A DNA stretch of 64,000 bases. Source: an uncultured delta proteobacterium (GTDB lineage: Bacteria > Myxococcota_A > Polyangia > Polyangiales > Polyangiaceae). Positions 31,202 through 41,810 of the stretch are shown here, piece by piece (positions within the stretch are counted from its first letter, which is position 1; every line of letters begins with the position of its first letter). Both the position numbers and the translations under genes were made by a program. The notes beneath the pieces are model-generated. The model saw only the letters and a program-made list of their open reading frames with translations, searched no databases and was not told the DNA's origin. The stretch is from positions 1 through 64,000 of the forward strand of contig CAVQUB010000012.1 in assembly GCA_963716725.1 (NCBI GenBank), written 5' to 3'.

Positions 31202-32515
31202 TCAGCCGTCCGGGCACATGATTGTCACATACTGACGGATCTCCGCGCGAGCAGCGTCCGAGAGCTCGCTGAACTCGAAGCCCGTGGCGTTGTTGCCACG
31301 AACGGTCCGGTTCCATCGGGCGTGGGCCGATGCTTCACAGACGCGTCCCGAAACCGGCAGGGAAAAGCGCACCTTTGCGAACTGTCCGACGTCGACGCGG
31401 TGGTCACCGACGAATTGCAGCCCTCCCTCGGAAACTTCCTCGATGCGCCCATCGACCCGCTCGCCGTTCGCGCAAGTGACTCGCGCCAGAGCGATGTAGG
31501 GCGCGCGCGGGTGCTTGCGACGAAACTGGCCACTGGGACTGTTCGTCTTGGCTTTCGGCGAGTCGGCCAGCGTGTGATTGGCGGCGTCGGCCTTCGGAGG
31601 CACGCCGGGCCGGCCGAAAAGATCGATGACATGGTCGGCGTCGTCCCGACACGCCTGGAGGGCTTCGCGCATCGCGCGCATGGTGGGGTACCGGTCCTTC
31701 GGGTCGCGCTGCAGACTTCGTCCGATGACGGCGGCGAGCGCCGGTGTCACCTCGGGGCACGCGACGCTCACGGCCGGCGCCACGGTCGTGGTGAGCTTGA
31801 GGAGTAGTTCGGCGTATTTGCCTTCGAAGGGCACGACCCCGGTCAGGCATTCGTAGAGCGTGACGCCGAGCCCATAGACGTCGACCCGATCGTCTGCGTC
31901 CGTCGACGACAACAACGACTCGGGAGCCATGTACTCCGGCGTGCCGAGCAGCGTGTGCTCGCGAGTGAGCTTCTCCGCGGATGCAGGCAACTCTTTCAGC
32001 TTCGCGATTCCGAAGTCGAGGAGCGTGAGTTGTTCGGCATTGCCGGGACTGACGAAAATGTTCGAGGGCTTGACGTCTCGATGGACGATGCCGCCGGCGT
32101 GACAGCGCTCGAGCGCAGAGGCCATCTCGACGCCGGCCTTGACCGTGTCCGCTACGCTGAGCCGCCCGCGCGCGGCCAGCAGCCCGCCGAGGGTCCTGCC
32201 TTCGAGGGCACGGAACGCAATGAACTGCTTGCCATCGGCCTCACCGGCGTCGAGCATGCCAACGATGCCTGGGCCATGCAGGCGGGCCAGCGCTTGGATC
32301 TCACGCTCGAATCGCGCCCGGGTGACGGGGTTGGCATCCCGCGGCACCTTGAGCACGACCTGCATCCCGGTGTGCACATGCGACGCGGCGTAGACGTCCG
32401 CTCCTCCGCCCACCGCGAGCAGTCGCTGGAGTTGGTAGCGATCGATGCTACCCGTGACATCCAGCGGGCGGCTGGAGTCGGGGGCGGCGTCCTGGATTGA
32501 AGTTGCACTCTGCAT
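31202..32515 (-). CDS. Ser/Thr protein kinase with C-terminal PilZ domain
   Basis: HRDVKPSN, DFG, GTPEYMAPE; RRKHPR...EVSEGG PilZ motifs. Confidence 0.9.
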   Translation of the reverse strand: MQSATSIQDAAPDSSRPLDVTGSIDRYQLQRLLAVGGGADVYAASHVHTGMQVVLKVPRDANPVTRARFEREIQALARLHGPGIVGMLDAGEADGKQFIAFRALEGRTLGGLLAARGRLSVADTVKAGVEMASALERCHAGGIVHRDVKPSNIFVSPGNAEQLTLLDFGIAKLKELPASAEKLTREHTLLGTPEYMAPESLLSSTDADDRVDVYGLGVTLYECLTGVVPFEGKYAELLLKLTTTVAPAVSVACPEVTPALAAVIGRSLQRDPKDRYPTMRAMREALQACRDDADHVIDLFGRPGVPPKADAANHTLADSPKAKTNSPSGQFRRKHPRAPYIALARVTCANGERVDGRIEEVSEGGLQFVGDHRVDVGQFAKVRFSLPVSGRVCEASAHARWNRTVRGNNATGFEFSELSDAARAEIRQYVTIMCPDG

Positions 32516-32699
32516 GGCAGTCTCCCGAAGGTGGGTCCGGCTGATGGGTTCGCAGGAAGCGGGGCGAGCCCGAGCTTCCAGTAATAACGTGGATTATCGC
32601 CGGTAACAGGCTTGCACGCGACTGAGATCGAAGGTCAATATGACCGTCCGGTGGTTTCCAAGAATGGGCTGACAGTCGAAACGACCCCAAAGAGCGTCT

Positions 32700-32893
32700 C
32701 GGCAATGTTTGTATCGTGGGCGATGACCCGGTGATGCGCCGCGCCGTGTCTCGGGCGCTGGCAGTCGCTGGGTTTTCGGTCAAGGAGTTCGACACCGCCG
32801 AGGAAGTGCTGGTCGCGCTCGAGCAGGCGGCCGCCGACGTCGACGTCCTCATCACCGACGTGCTCATGCCCGGTATGACGGGCTTCGAACTCA
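32700..32893 (+). pseudogene. Truncated receiver domain
   Basis: IVGDD...LITDVLMPGMTGFEL, cut off by the IS fragment. Confidence 0.7.
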
Positions 32894-32899
32894 AAAGAC

Positions 32900-33157
32900 G
32901 TGGCTGATCGTGAGCTGGCGAGGGGCCACCACCCGTGGATCGAGCAGAACCCGCGAGCGACCGTCGTCGTGATCGTGCTGCGCCGCATCGCCTATACCCT
33001 GCTCTCGCTCTGGCGCGGCGTGACCTTGCGCAGCGACGAGCAGCGCACTCGGCCTTGGCGCGACGTGATGCGCGACACTCTGGTCGCCGCCGTCACCGCC
33101 ACCGACGATCACCTTCTCGCTTTGCGCCGCCACCGGCTCGCGCGCGTCGCCGCGTAG
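32900..33157 (+). pseudogene. Probable transposase C-terminal fragment (ISAs1-like)
   Basis: HPWIEQNPRATVVVIVLRRIAY; family assignment from recollection only. Confidence 0.5.
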
Positions 33158-33419
33158 TCGTAACCCAGGCCTCGCGCCGCCTCGCTCTTTGACAGATCCG
33201 CTCCGGTCACCAGACCTGGCCTCCGCCCCCAAGGCGCTAGCTCCGGTCGGTGAGCCGAGCGCGGCCACCCGCCTCCCGCCCTCGCCCCCGCCTTTGCCCC
33301 TGACTCTCGCACTGCCGACTTCCGATCAAGGGTGCAAAGCAGGCCGGCAAGGCTTGCGCAAACCCTGGGCGAGGGCGTAGAAGAGAAGGGCCCCCGATCT
33401 CCGAGGCCGTGCGCCTGGC

Positions 33420-33558
33420 CGTCGAGGACGTCCTCAAGGCGTACCAACTGCACGCCAACTGCTACATCACCAAGCCCATCGACCTGCACCAGTTCATGAA
33501 GTTGGTCGGGTCGATCGACGATTTCTGGCTCAGCATCGTGAAGCTGCCCGAGCCCTGA
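33420..33558 (+). pseudogene. Rcp1-like response regulator, 3' fragment
   Basis: EDVLKAYQLHANCYITKPIDL...FWLSIVKLP. Confidence 0.8.
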
Positions 33559-33578
33559 GCCCGAGGGAACGAAGAGCC

Positions 33579-36296
33579 GTGCAACCGCCGACCATCCGGC
33601 TCCTCTTGGTCGAGGACAACCCCGGGGACGTCCACTATGTGCGCGAGTGCTTGAGCAAGAATCCCGAGGTCGAAGTGCACCACGTGGACCGGCTCGCGCC
33701 AGCGATCGAGTGGCTCGCCGGTGGGCGGAGCGACGCGGTCCTGCTCGATCTCGGGTTGCCGGACAGCCAGGGCCTCGACACCTTGCGCGGGGTGATCGCG
33801 GCGGCGCCCGGGACGCCGGTGGTCGTCTACACCGGCCACGACGACGGGAAGGCCGGCGCGCTCGCGTTCCGAGAAGGCGCACAAGACTATCTGGTCAAGG
33901 GGCGCGTCGATGGCGACGCCATCATGCGAGCGCTCCGCTACTCCCTCGAGCGCAAACGGGTGGAGGGCGCCCTCGAGCTCAGCAATCGGTACTTGCAGGT
34001 CTTGAACGGCTTGGCCAGCGATCTGGTCGGCGCTGGATTCGGGGACGATGTCTACGCGCTCGTCACGGGTCGGCTGAAGGAGCTGACCGGCGGGGCGAGC
34101 GCGGTCTTCGCGCTGTTCTCTCCGGCCGACAGGTGCCTGCGGGTGCAGCACGCAGGCCTCGACCCCAGCGTGGTCGGCGACGTGACGCGGGCCCTCGGGG
34201 GGAAGCGACTGGACGGGGCCACGCTCCCCCTGACGGACGAGTCCTACCGTGAGCTGCTGCAAGCGCCAATCTTGCAGGGCTCCTCGCTCAGCGACGCGAC
34301 GCTCGGCGCAGCACCCGAGGTGGTGGCGGCAGTCGTCCGGAAGCTGCCGGGGATCGAACAGGTTCTCCGCGTCGCGTACGCTCTGGATGGTGAGCTCTTC
34401 GGCGTTTCGCTGCTGGGCTTGCGGGCCCGATCCCCGAGTCTTCCCCCGGAGCTCTTGCGCGGGTTCGCCGAGATGGTCGCCCTTTCGCTGCGCCGTAAGC
34501 GGGTCGAGACCGAGCGAGAACTGCTGGCGACGGCCATCGATCAGGTCGCAGAGGCCGTGTGCATCACGGACGCCGAAGGCGTGATCTGCTTCGTCAACTC
34601 GGCGTTGGAGCGCACCACGGGTTACACCAGCTCCGAGCTCATCGGCCAAAACCCGAGGCTCTTCAAGAGCGGCGAGCAAGACGAGACCTTCTACCGCGTG
34701 TTCTGGGAGACCCTCAGCTCCGGAATGACCTTCCGCGGCCGGATGATCAACCGGAAGAAGGACGGGACGCTCTACACCGAGGACGCCACCATCTCGCCGG
34801 TGCGTACCGGCGGCAGAATCACCAGCTACGTGGCGGTGAAGCGGGACGTCACCAAGGATCTCGCCCTGGAGGCGCAGCTCCTCCAGGCTCAAAAGATGGA
34901 GGGCGTCGGGCAGCTCGCCGGCGGCGTGGCGCACGACTTCAACAACTTGCTCTGCCTGATCCTGAGCTACACGGACTTCGCGCTGGAGGGATTGCCCGAA
35001 GGCGACCCCCTCAGGGAAGATCTGCAAGAGGTCAAGGGCGCGGCCGAGCGGGCGGCCGTGCTCACGCACCAGCTCTTGGCCTTCAGCCGCAAACAGGTCC
35101 TGCAGCCGGTGGCGCTGAACCTCAACGAGGTCGTGACCGGGCTCCAGAAGATGCTCGGACGGATCGTTGGTGAGGACATCGAATTGAAGCTGGGGCTGGC
35201 CGCCGATCTCGACCTGGTCATGGCCGATTGGGGCCAGTTGGATCAGGTCATCGTGAATCTCGTGGTGAACGCCCGGGACGCCATGCCGGAGGGCGGCAAG
35301 CTCACGGTCGAGACCGACAACGTCGAAGTCGACGAGGAGTACTCCGAGCAGCATCTCGGCACGCCGCCGGGCCCCTACGTCCGCTTGTCGGTCTCGGACT
35401 CGGGGGCCGGGATGGATGAACAGACCCGGTCGAAGATCTTCGATCCCTTCTTCACGACCAAGGAAAAGGGCAGAGGAACGGGGCTTGGGCTCTCCACCGT
35501 GTACGGGATCGTCACCCAGTCCGGCGGTCGGATCTGGGTCTACTCGGAGCCCGGGAGAGGCACGGCGTTCAAGATCTACTTCCCGCGCACCGCAGCCCAC
35601 GGTTCGGCCCCCGCAGCCCCACCCAAGGCTCTCCCGGCCCGCCCCTCCGGGCACGAAACGATCCTCGTGGTCGAGGACGTGGAGGCGCTGCGGAGAGTCG
35701 CCAAGCGCGCCCTCGAGACGGTCGGCTACAGGGTGCTCACCGCCGGGGATGGCGAGGAGGGGCTCGCCGTCGCCGCAGGGCACTCGGGCGCCATCGATCT
35801 GCTCTTGACCGACGTGGTCATGCCAAAGATGAGCGGCAGAGTCCTCGCCCAAGCGATCGTGAAGGCGCGCCCAACCACCATGGTTCTCTACATGTCTGGC
35901 TACACCGGCGATGCCATCGTCCACCATGGCGTCCTCGATGCGGGGACGAGCTTCCTTGCCAAGCCCTTCACGGCGGACCAACTCGCGCGGAAGGTTCGTG
36001 AGGTGCTCCAAGGTGGGTCGACGCAGCAGACCGAAGCGGTCGAAGCAGCAGCCGAGCCGACGCCTCCGGACCGCGAAGCGCTGGCGGCGCTCCCGGAGGA
36101 GATCCTGCGAGAGCTCCGCGACGCTGTCCTCACCGTGCGCTACGACGAACTGGTGGCGCTCGTGGAGGTCCTGCGCGCGACCCAGCCGGAGCTCGCCTCC
36201 GGGCTCAGGCGCCTGGCAGACCTGTTCGACTACGAAGCGCTACGAAAGCTCCTGGGGCGGCCGGGAAATGGCGAGTCAGGGAAACCAGATGACTGA
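33579..36296 (+). CDS. Hybrid histidine kinase REC-GAF-PAS-HisKA-HATPase-REC (CckA-like)
   Basis: AHDFNNLL, NLVVNARDAM, FDPFFTTK, GTGLGL; receiver domains at both ends. Confidence 0.93.
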   Translation: MQPPTIRLLLVEDNPGDVHYVRECLSKNPEVEVHHVDRLAPAIEWLAGGRSDAVLLDLGLPDSQGLDTLRGVIAAAPGTPVVVYTGHDDGKAGALAFREGAQDYLVKGRVDGDAIMRALRYSLERKRVEGALELSNRYLQVLNGLASDLVGAGFGDDVYALVTGRLKELTGGASAVFALFSPADRCLRVQHAGLDPSVVGDVTRALGGKRLDGATLPLTDESYRELLQAPILQGSSLSDATLGAAPEVVAAVVRKLPGIEQVLRVAYALDGELFGVSLLGLRARSPSLPPELLRGFAEMVALSLRRKRVETERELLATAIDQVAEAVCITDAEGVICFVNSALERTTGYTSSELIGQNPRLFKSGEQDETFYRVFWETLSSGMTFRGRMINRKKDGTLYTEDATISPVRTGGRITSYVAVKRDVTKDLALEAQLLQAQKMEGVGQLAGGVAHDFNNLLCLILSYTDFALEGLPEGDPLREDLQEVKGAAERAAVLTHQLLAFSRKQVLQPVALNLNEVVTGLQKMLGRIVGEDIELKLGLAADLDLVMADWGQLDQVIVNLVVNARDAMPEGGKLTVETDNVEVDEEYSEQHLGTPPGPYVRLSVSDSGAGMDEQTRSKIFDPFFTTKEKGRGTGLGLSTVYGIVTQSGGRIWVYSEPGRGTAFKIYFPRTAAHGSAPAAPPKALPARPSGHETILVVEDVEALRRVAKRALETVGYRVLTAGDGEEGLAVAAGHSGAIDLLLTDVVMPKMSGRVLAQAIVKARPTTMVLYMSGYTGDAIVHHGVLDAGTSFLAKPFTADQLARKVREVLQGGSTQQTEAVEAAAEPTPPDREALAALPEEILRELRDAVLTVRYDELVALVEVLRATQPELASGLRRLADLFDYEALRKLLGRPGNGESGKPDD

Positions 36297-37410
36297 AGAC
36301 TTCCGGGACGGTGGCATCCTCGTCGTGGACGACGAGCCGGCCGAGTTGCGCCTCCTCGCCGGCGTGCTTCGGCGCGGTGGGTTCGTTCCGCGCCCGGTCA
36401 CGAGCGGCAGGCTCGCCATCGAGGCGGCGGTGCTCGCTCCCCCCGCGCTCGTCCTCCTGGACGTTCGCATGCCCGGGATGTCCGGGACGGAGGTCTGCCG
36501 ATGGATCAAGCAGCACGAGCGACTTCGGGACATCCCGGTGATGTTCATCAGCGGGCTGGACGACATCGACGACAAGGTGGAGGCGTTTCGTGCCGGAGGC
36601 GTCGACTACATCTGCAAGCCGTTTCAAGAGCAAGAGGTGCTCGCTCGGGTCAGAACGCAGCTGCAGTTGAGGCAACTGCAGCTGCAGCTCGTGTCCCACA
36701 ACCTGCACCTCGAGCAACGGATCGCCGATCAGGTCAAGATGGCCACGGCGTCTCAGGTCGCGACCATCTTCGCCCTCGCCAAGTTGGCCGAGACTCGCGA
36801 CGATGACACCGGTCAGCACGTCGGGCGCGTGCAGACGTTCAGCAGGATGCTGGCCGAGCGCATGCGCGAGACCGGGAGCCACGCGGCGCAGCTCACCCCC
36901 TCATTCATCGACACCCTATTCCAGACCGCGTCCCTCCACGACATCGGCAAGGTCGGCGTGCCCGACGCCGTCCTGCTGAAGCCGGGCCCGCTGTCGCCGG
37001 AGGAGTTCGAGGTGATGAAGAAGCACTGCGAGCTCGGGGCCGCGACGCTCGCGAGCGTGCTGACGCGTCATCCCGACAACCAGTTCTTGCGCATGGGCGT
37101 CGACGTTGCGAGATCTCACCACGAGAAGTGGGACGGCAGAGGATACCCCGATGGCCTCCAGGGAAAGACGATCCCGCTGGCGGCACGTATCGTCGCCGTG
37201 GCTGACGTCTACGACGCGCTGACCTCTGACCGGTTGTAGTTTCCCACGCTCTTCCCCCGCCCGAATCCCGGGCATTTTCGTGATGCCCTCGGGGTGGTTT
37301 CCCGGAGTGCGGTGGTCGAGTGGGCGTGGCGAGGTGGTGGCAGAAAGGGAGCGGCCCGACGGAGACGTGGATCTCCGCCGGGCCTTGTGGACCGTCGCCG
37401 GGCGCTGGGC

Positions 37411-38208
37411 TCAGGTGACTTCGGCCATGGCGGACTGGATGTGCTCGGTCGTGACGGTCCTGCTCTTGGTGAGCGCGGCGGCCATGAGCGCGTGGTGAGC
37501 GAGCAGGTTCACCTTCCGGGGCAGGCCGTTCGACGCCTGGAAGATCGCCTCCTGGGTTGCGGGCTCGAAGAGTTCGAGCTCGGTTCCGGCGAGTCGGAGC
37601 AGGTGCGTGAGGTACGGGCCGAGCTCGTCACGGGCAAGACCCGGGACGTGAGCGCGCACGACGACGCGCTGCGAGAGCGCCTCGTGCACCGCCATGCCGA
37701 GGCGGCGGCGCAGTTCCGGGTGTCCGACGAGGACCAGGCAGAGGCGGTTGTCGGAGTCCATCGCGTAGTTGGTGAGCAGGCGCAGGTCCTCGAGCACGTC
37801 GCTCCTGAGGTGATGAGCTTCGTCCACGATCAGGATCGGTTTCTGCCGGGCCTCGCTGCAGAGCCGCGTCACCTCGGTCCGGATCTGCCGGAACAGTGCG
37901 GCGCGGTTGCGCTCGGTGGGTAGGCCGATCTCCCAGGCGATGGTCTTGTAGAGATCCATCACGTTGCCGGTGGTGAGCGACACGTAGAGGACGCGGTGCA
38001 GACCCGTGTGGAGACCGGCGACGATCTTCCGACACGCGGTGGTCTTGCCGCTGCCGCTCTCACCGGTGACCACACCGATGCCGCGCAAGTCGAGGAGATG
38101 GGCGAGCCGGGCGTCGAGTTCTCGGAGCGCACCGGAGGCGAAGAGCTCGTCGGGCTCGATGTTTTTGGCGAAGGGGTGGCGGGTGAGGCCGAAGTGCTTG
38201 CGGTACAT
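37411..38208 (-). CDS. ExeA-like AAA ATPase of the transposon
   Basis: GESGSGKT Walker A, IVDEAH Walker B. Confidence 0.9.
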   Translation of the reverse strand: MYRKHFGLTRHPFAKNIEPDELFASGALRELDARLAHLLDLRGIGVVTGESGSGKTTACRKIVAGLHTGLHRVLYVSLTTGNVMDLYKTIAWEIGLPTERNRAALFRQIRTEVTRLCSEARQKPILIVDEAHHLRSDVLEDLRLLTNYAMDSDNRLCLVLVGHPELRRRLGMAVHEALSQRVVVRAHVPGLARDELGPYLTHLLRLAGTELELFEPATQEAIFQASNGLPRKVNLLAHHALMAAALTKSRTVTTEHIQSAMAEVT

Positions 38209-39611
38209 CAGAGGAGGTCCCCCTCGTCGTCGCCAGCGCCGCCCTGCTGGTTGTCCCCGACATCGAAGTCGAAGTCGCTCAAGCGCATGCCGGGGGGCGG
38301 CTCGTCCACGGGCTGAGATGGATGCAGGGCCTTCGTCGTGTGATCGCGTCGGACGAAACAGTTGGCGTAGACGTCGACACGGCGAGCGATCTGGATCTGC
38401 TTTCCGCGATGCCAGACCTGGACGGCACGTGTCTCTCGCGGACGCGCCGGATCGAAGCGAAGGACGACGGTCTCGCCGACGAGCATCGCGTCCACTTCGT
38501 AGGCCACGCTGTCGAGCGACACGGTGCGGTCGGCCTGCACACGGCGCTTCTGCTCGAAGAGAAACAGATCGGCGAGGTCGCTCGACGACTGGCGCACCTC
38601 GTCTGAGCGCATCGCCCAGCGATCCGCGGGCGTCTCACCGTCGAGTCCGCGGTGGGGACTCCGATGATACTCACCCTCGACCCACGCCCAGAGACGGCGG
38701 TTGAGTGCTTCGAGACTCCGCCTGTCCTCGGGCTGGAGCGTCGGCAGGAGCTGAAGACGCACGGTCCGAAACCACCGCTCCATCTTTCCTTTTCCCTGGG
38801 GCGTGTAGGGACGCGCGTGGATCAAGGTGATGCCGAGCTTCGCGCACACGAGCGCCAGGTGCTGTGCTTTGAAGGCGGCACCGTTGTCGACGTAAAGCCG
38901 CTTGGGGATCCCGCGGCGGCAGATCCCTTGCTCGAGCACGCTGAGAAGGGTCGCGGCGTTCTCGCTGAGCGCGAAGGCCGCATACGGCACCATCCGTGTC
39001 GCGTCGTCGATGACGGCGAGCAGGTACGTCTTCCGCTGCCGCCCGGACACGGCGACGGCGGGGCCGTGCATCACGTCGCTCATCCACAGTTCGCCCGCCT
39101 TCTCGAAGGCGAAGCGTCGGCGGTCCTTCGCCGTCGGCTCGCCCTGCTTCTTCTGCATGAGTCCGGCCCGAGACAAGATCCGGTGCACCGTCGATGGCGC
39201 AAGCGTGACCCCCTCCGGGATCTTCGCGAAGCGCGTCACGTGCGCGATGACGAGTCCGACGCTGAAGTCCGCGTGCTGCTCTTTCGTCTCGCAGAGCAGA
39301 TCCGCGATCTCCCGGGGAATGGCGCGAGCCGAGCCCTCGTCCCGTCGGATCTTCGGGACAAGGGCGTCGAAGCCGCCGCGTCGGTAGTCCGCAAGCCATC
39401 CGCGGATCGTTTCGGCCTGGACCTTCCGCCGGAGCGTTCCGGGGATCTCCCAGTCCTTCTCCGCCTTCTCGCGCAGCTTCGCGTACATGCCGCGCGCACC
39501 GCGCTCGAGGTGGAGCAGATCTGCGATCACGCCATAACGGAACAGCGCGATCTGCTTTCTGCGCTCGGCGTCAGCGAGCGTGCGTTCGTTTTCGGGGGTC
39601 GGTGTCCTCAT
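38208..39611 (-). CDS. DDE transposase with Mu-like C-terminal domain
   Basis: WMSD, IDDATR, YVDNG, KGKMERWF. Confidence 0.92.
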   Translation of the reverse strand: MRTPTPENERTLADAERRKQIALFRYGVIADLLHLERGARGMYAKLREKAEKDWEIPGTLRRKVQAETIRGWLADYRRGGFDALVPKIRRDEGSARAIPREIADLLCETKEQHADFSVGLVIAHVTRFAKIPEGVTLAPSTVHRILSRAGLMQKKQGEPTAKDRRRFAFEKAGELWMSDVMHGPAVAVSGRQRKTYLLAVIDDATRMVPYAAFALSENAATLLSVLEQGICRRGIPKRLYVDNGAAFKAQHLALVCAKLGITLIHARPYTPQGKGKMERWFRTVRLQLLPTLQPEDRRSLEALNRRLWAWVEGEYHRSPHRGLDGETPADRWAMRSDEVRQSSSDLADLFLFEQKRRVQADRTVSLDSVAYEVDAMLVGETVVLRFDPARPRETRAVQVWHRGKQIQIARRVDVYANCFVRRDHTTKALHPSQPVDEPPPGMRLSDFDFDVGDNQQGGAGDDEGDLL

Positions 39612-39662
39612 CGGAGTTCTCTTTCGGTGTCGGCCCGGGTCCGTCCCGGGCACACCAACCCG

Positions 39663-40340
39663 CTATCGGTCCCGCCGAGGAGGGTCCGGCCCCGTTTCGT
39701 GTGGGGTCGGCTCTCGCGATGCTTGCCGCGCTCGCCCTCGCGCCCGCAGTCCGACCGGCGCTGGCATGGCGGCCAGGTGAATGGCCGCGGCCGACCGCAG
39801 CGCCACGAGCGCATCCGACACCCCGAGTCGTTGCCGCACCGCGCCAAGCGTCGCCGGGCAGCCCGTGAGCGCCGGCACCAGCGTCACTGCCGCCACGAGC
39901 GCCGCGTGGACAGCAACACGCCGCCGCCGGAGCCACCGCAGCGCGCTTGGAAGCGTCACCGCGTCCGCTGCGATCGCGGGGCGCACCTTCTCGGCGACCG
40001 CCTCCAGACTCTTGGCGCCCTCGGCCACCTCGACGGCCCGCTCGACCTCCTCGAGCGTGCCCGACAGTCGGGAAGCCAGAAAATCAGGCAAAAGGCTGAT
40101 AGTCACCCGAGCCCGCGGGCACCAGAACCGGGCGACGCGGACGCCGACGGGGCGGACCCGACCGTAGCTCCCGTGCCCCGCGAGACCGCAGCCGCCCTCC
40201 GGGTGCAGCGGGCACCGCTCCAAACTTGCGGCCCGCCACGCCTGCTCGGTAACGTACCGCTCGCTGGTGAGGGTCGTCTCGTAACGGACAACCAATCCTT
40301 CGCTGGCCGGGTCCGTGCGGGTGCTACCGCGACGGACCAA
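39663..40340 (-). CDS. Transposon accessory protein with Cys/His cluster
   Basis: CPLH...C...H...RFWC...SLLPDFLA; start uncertain. Confidence 0.75.
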   Translation of the reverse strand: MVRRGSTRTDPASEGLVVRYETTLTSERYVTEQAWRAASLERCPLHPEGGCGLAGHGSYGRVRPVGVRVARFWCPRARVTISLLPDFLASRLSGTLEEVERAVEVAEGAKSLEAVAEKVRPAIAADAVTLPSALRWLRRRRVAVHAALVAAVTLVPALTGCPATLGAVRQRLGVSDALVALRSAAAIHLAAMPAPVGLRARGRARQASREPTPHETGPDPPRRDR

Positions 40341-40769
40341 CCTTCTCCGGCGATCAGCTTTCCGCGGATCAGCCTCTCAGGAAAAAAGAACGGCGAAGCT
40401 CTCCGGAGTCCGAACCCGGCTCACCCGAAACAACGAGCGCCCAGACCGACACCACGACCGCGGGGGATCACGACGGAGGGTGACGGCCTACACCGGTGTT
40501 ACCGCAAGGGGTTCAGCCACGCGAAGGCCTGCGGGATGATCACCGAGGGTGGGGGGACTCACTTCGACCCCGAGGTGACCCATGCATTCGAGGCCTGCCA
40601 GGTCCGCTTTGGGCGCGAGCGGCAGGCCATGCTGGGTTGATGAACGGACCAGGGACCGGCGCGGGATCGGTGACCACGACGGCGCGGGGTGCGAAGCGCC
40701 GGCCCGAGCTGCGGCTGCCAACCGTCCGGCGAGAACGAGCTGAAGTCCGTGTAGAAGTGCCCCTGCTGA

Positions 40770-40930
40770 ACCCTTGGCCTGCTATGCCCACCCTGCCGAG
40801 CCCCTGGCGCTTATCGCCCAAGAACCGAAACTCCGTCGTGTCGTGGATCACGATCACCTCAGCCGTGCTCCGCAACCCGACGCACTGTGGCGCTGACGTG
40901 GGGCCGGAGCACCCCGTTGAAGCTCACCTT
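40770..40930 (-). pseudogene. IS4-family transposase remnant
   Basis: VIHDTTEF...GLG. Confidence 0.6.
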
Positions 40931-41005
40931 TTCGTTCCGGACAAAGCGGAAGCGTGCCGAAACCGCGGCAATTCAATCGGCATAGGCCGAGCGGGGGCTG
41001 AAGCC

Positions 41006-41737
41006 TCACGCGGGGCTAGCGCCACTCCAGCGGATCACCGGCTCGATGGAGGGCGTCACGCAACTCACGCGCAGGCGTTCGACGGCTTCCTTTCGGAGTT
41101 GGCAGACTCGGGCCTCGGTGACCCCCAGTCGTTTGCCAATCTCCCGCAGAGTCAGCTCTTCATTGCACGAGAGATCGACCACCGTCTTCAGACGCCTGGG
41201 CAGTTCGTCGAGGGCTCCCCTGAGCTTTTCGGCTCGACGAACTGCGTCGAGCATCGCGTCCGGTCGCAATGACGGGCGACCGGGCGTGTGGGATTCGGCG
41301 GCAGAGAGGCTGACCCGATCTCGGCGCGCAGTGCTGTGCCGGGCACTGGCGAGGTCCGCGGTGGTAATACCCAACTCGGCCGCAACTTCATCCGTTTCCG
41401 GCTGTCGCCCAAAGCGCTGGCCGAGACCCTTTTCGACCCGCGCGAGCCGCTTCGCGAGGCGGCGCTGACCGCGGGTGAGGTGGTCATGACCGCGCAACGC
41501 GTCGAGCATCGCTCCGGTTGCCCGCTGCAGCGCGTACGCCTCGAAGGCACTGGGGGCCTCGAATCGCCCGTAGGCCAATGCCTGCGCCAATCCCAGATTT
41601 CCGGCCGAGATCAGATCGTCGAGCTCGACGTGAGCGGGCAGCCGCTTCTTCAGTCGGAGAGCGGCTCTACGTACTGACTCGACGAGCGCTGAGGTCTGGA
41701 AAGGTGGGTCTACCGTGGTTCTCGACGCTTCGGCCAT
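41006..41737 (-). CDS. FliA/WhiG-like (group 3) sigma factor
   Basis: DDLISAGNLGL, GAMLDALR, LTLREIGKRLGVTEARVCQL. Confidence 0.88.
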   Translation of the reverse strand: MAEASRTTVDPPFQTSALVESVRRAALRLKKRLPAHVELDDLISAGNLGLAQALAYGRFEAPSAFEAYALQRATGAMLDALRGHDHLTRGQRRLAKRLARVEKGLGQRFGRQPETDEVAAELGITTADLASARHSTARRDRVSLSAAESHTPGRPSLRPDAMLDAVRRAEKLRGALDELPRRLKTVVDLSCNEELTLREIGKRLGVTEARVCQLRKEAVERLRVSCVTPSIEPVIRWSGASPA

Positions 41738-41810
41738 ACTGCTGGGTAATGCAGAGGCCATGCCCGGCTTCCCCAACACGAATACGCCGATTTCCGTACG
41801 GGTGCGTCAG

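Larger units (their letters stand above)
37235..40492 (-). mobile_element. 3258-bp three-gene DDE transposon with TGTAG...CTACA ends and CCGGT target duplication
   Basis: TSD at 37230-37234 and 40493-40497; removing the element restores the HD-GYP frame. Confidence 0.92.
36289..40640 (+). pseudogene. REC-HD-GYP phosphodiesterase split by a transposon (36289-37234 and 40493-40640)
   Basis: LHDIGK, HHEKWDGRGYP, DVYDALTSDR | CYRKGFS...HFDP. Confidence 0.9.

Noticed and set aside
33462..36011. 849-aa minus-strand ORF (likewise 5470..7293, 38652..40640, 62533..63999)
   Set aside because: Antisense shadows of well-supported genes in high-GC DNA
37411..38208. Type II secretion ExeA gene
   Set aside because: Lies within the transposon ends, coupled to the transposase; no T2SS genes nearby
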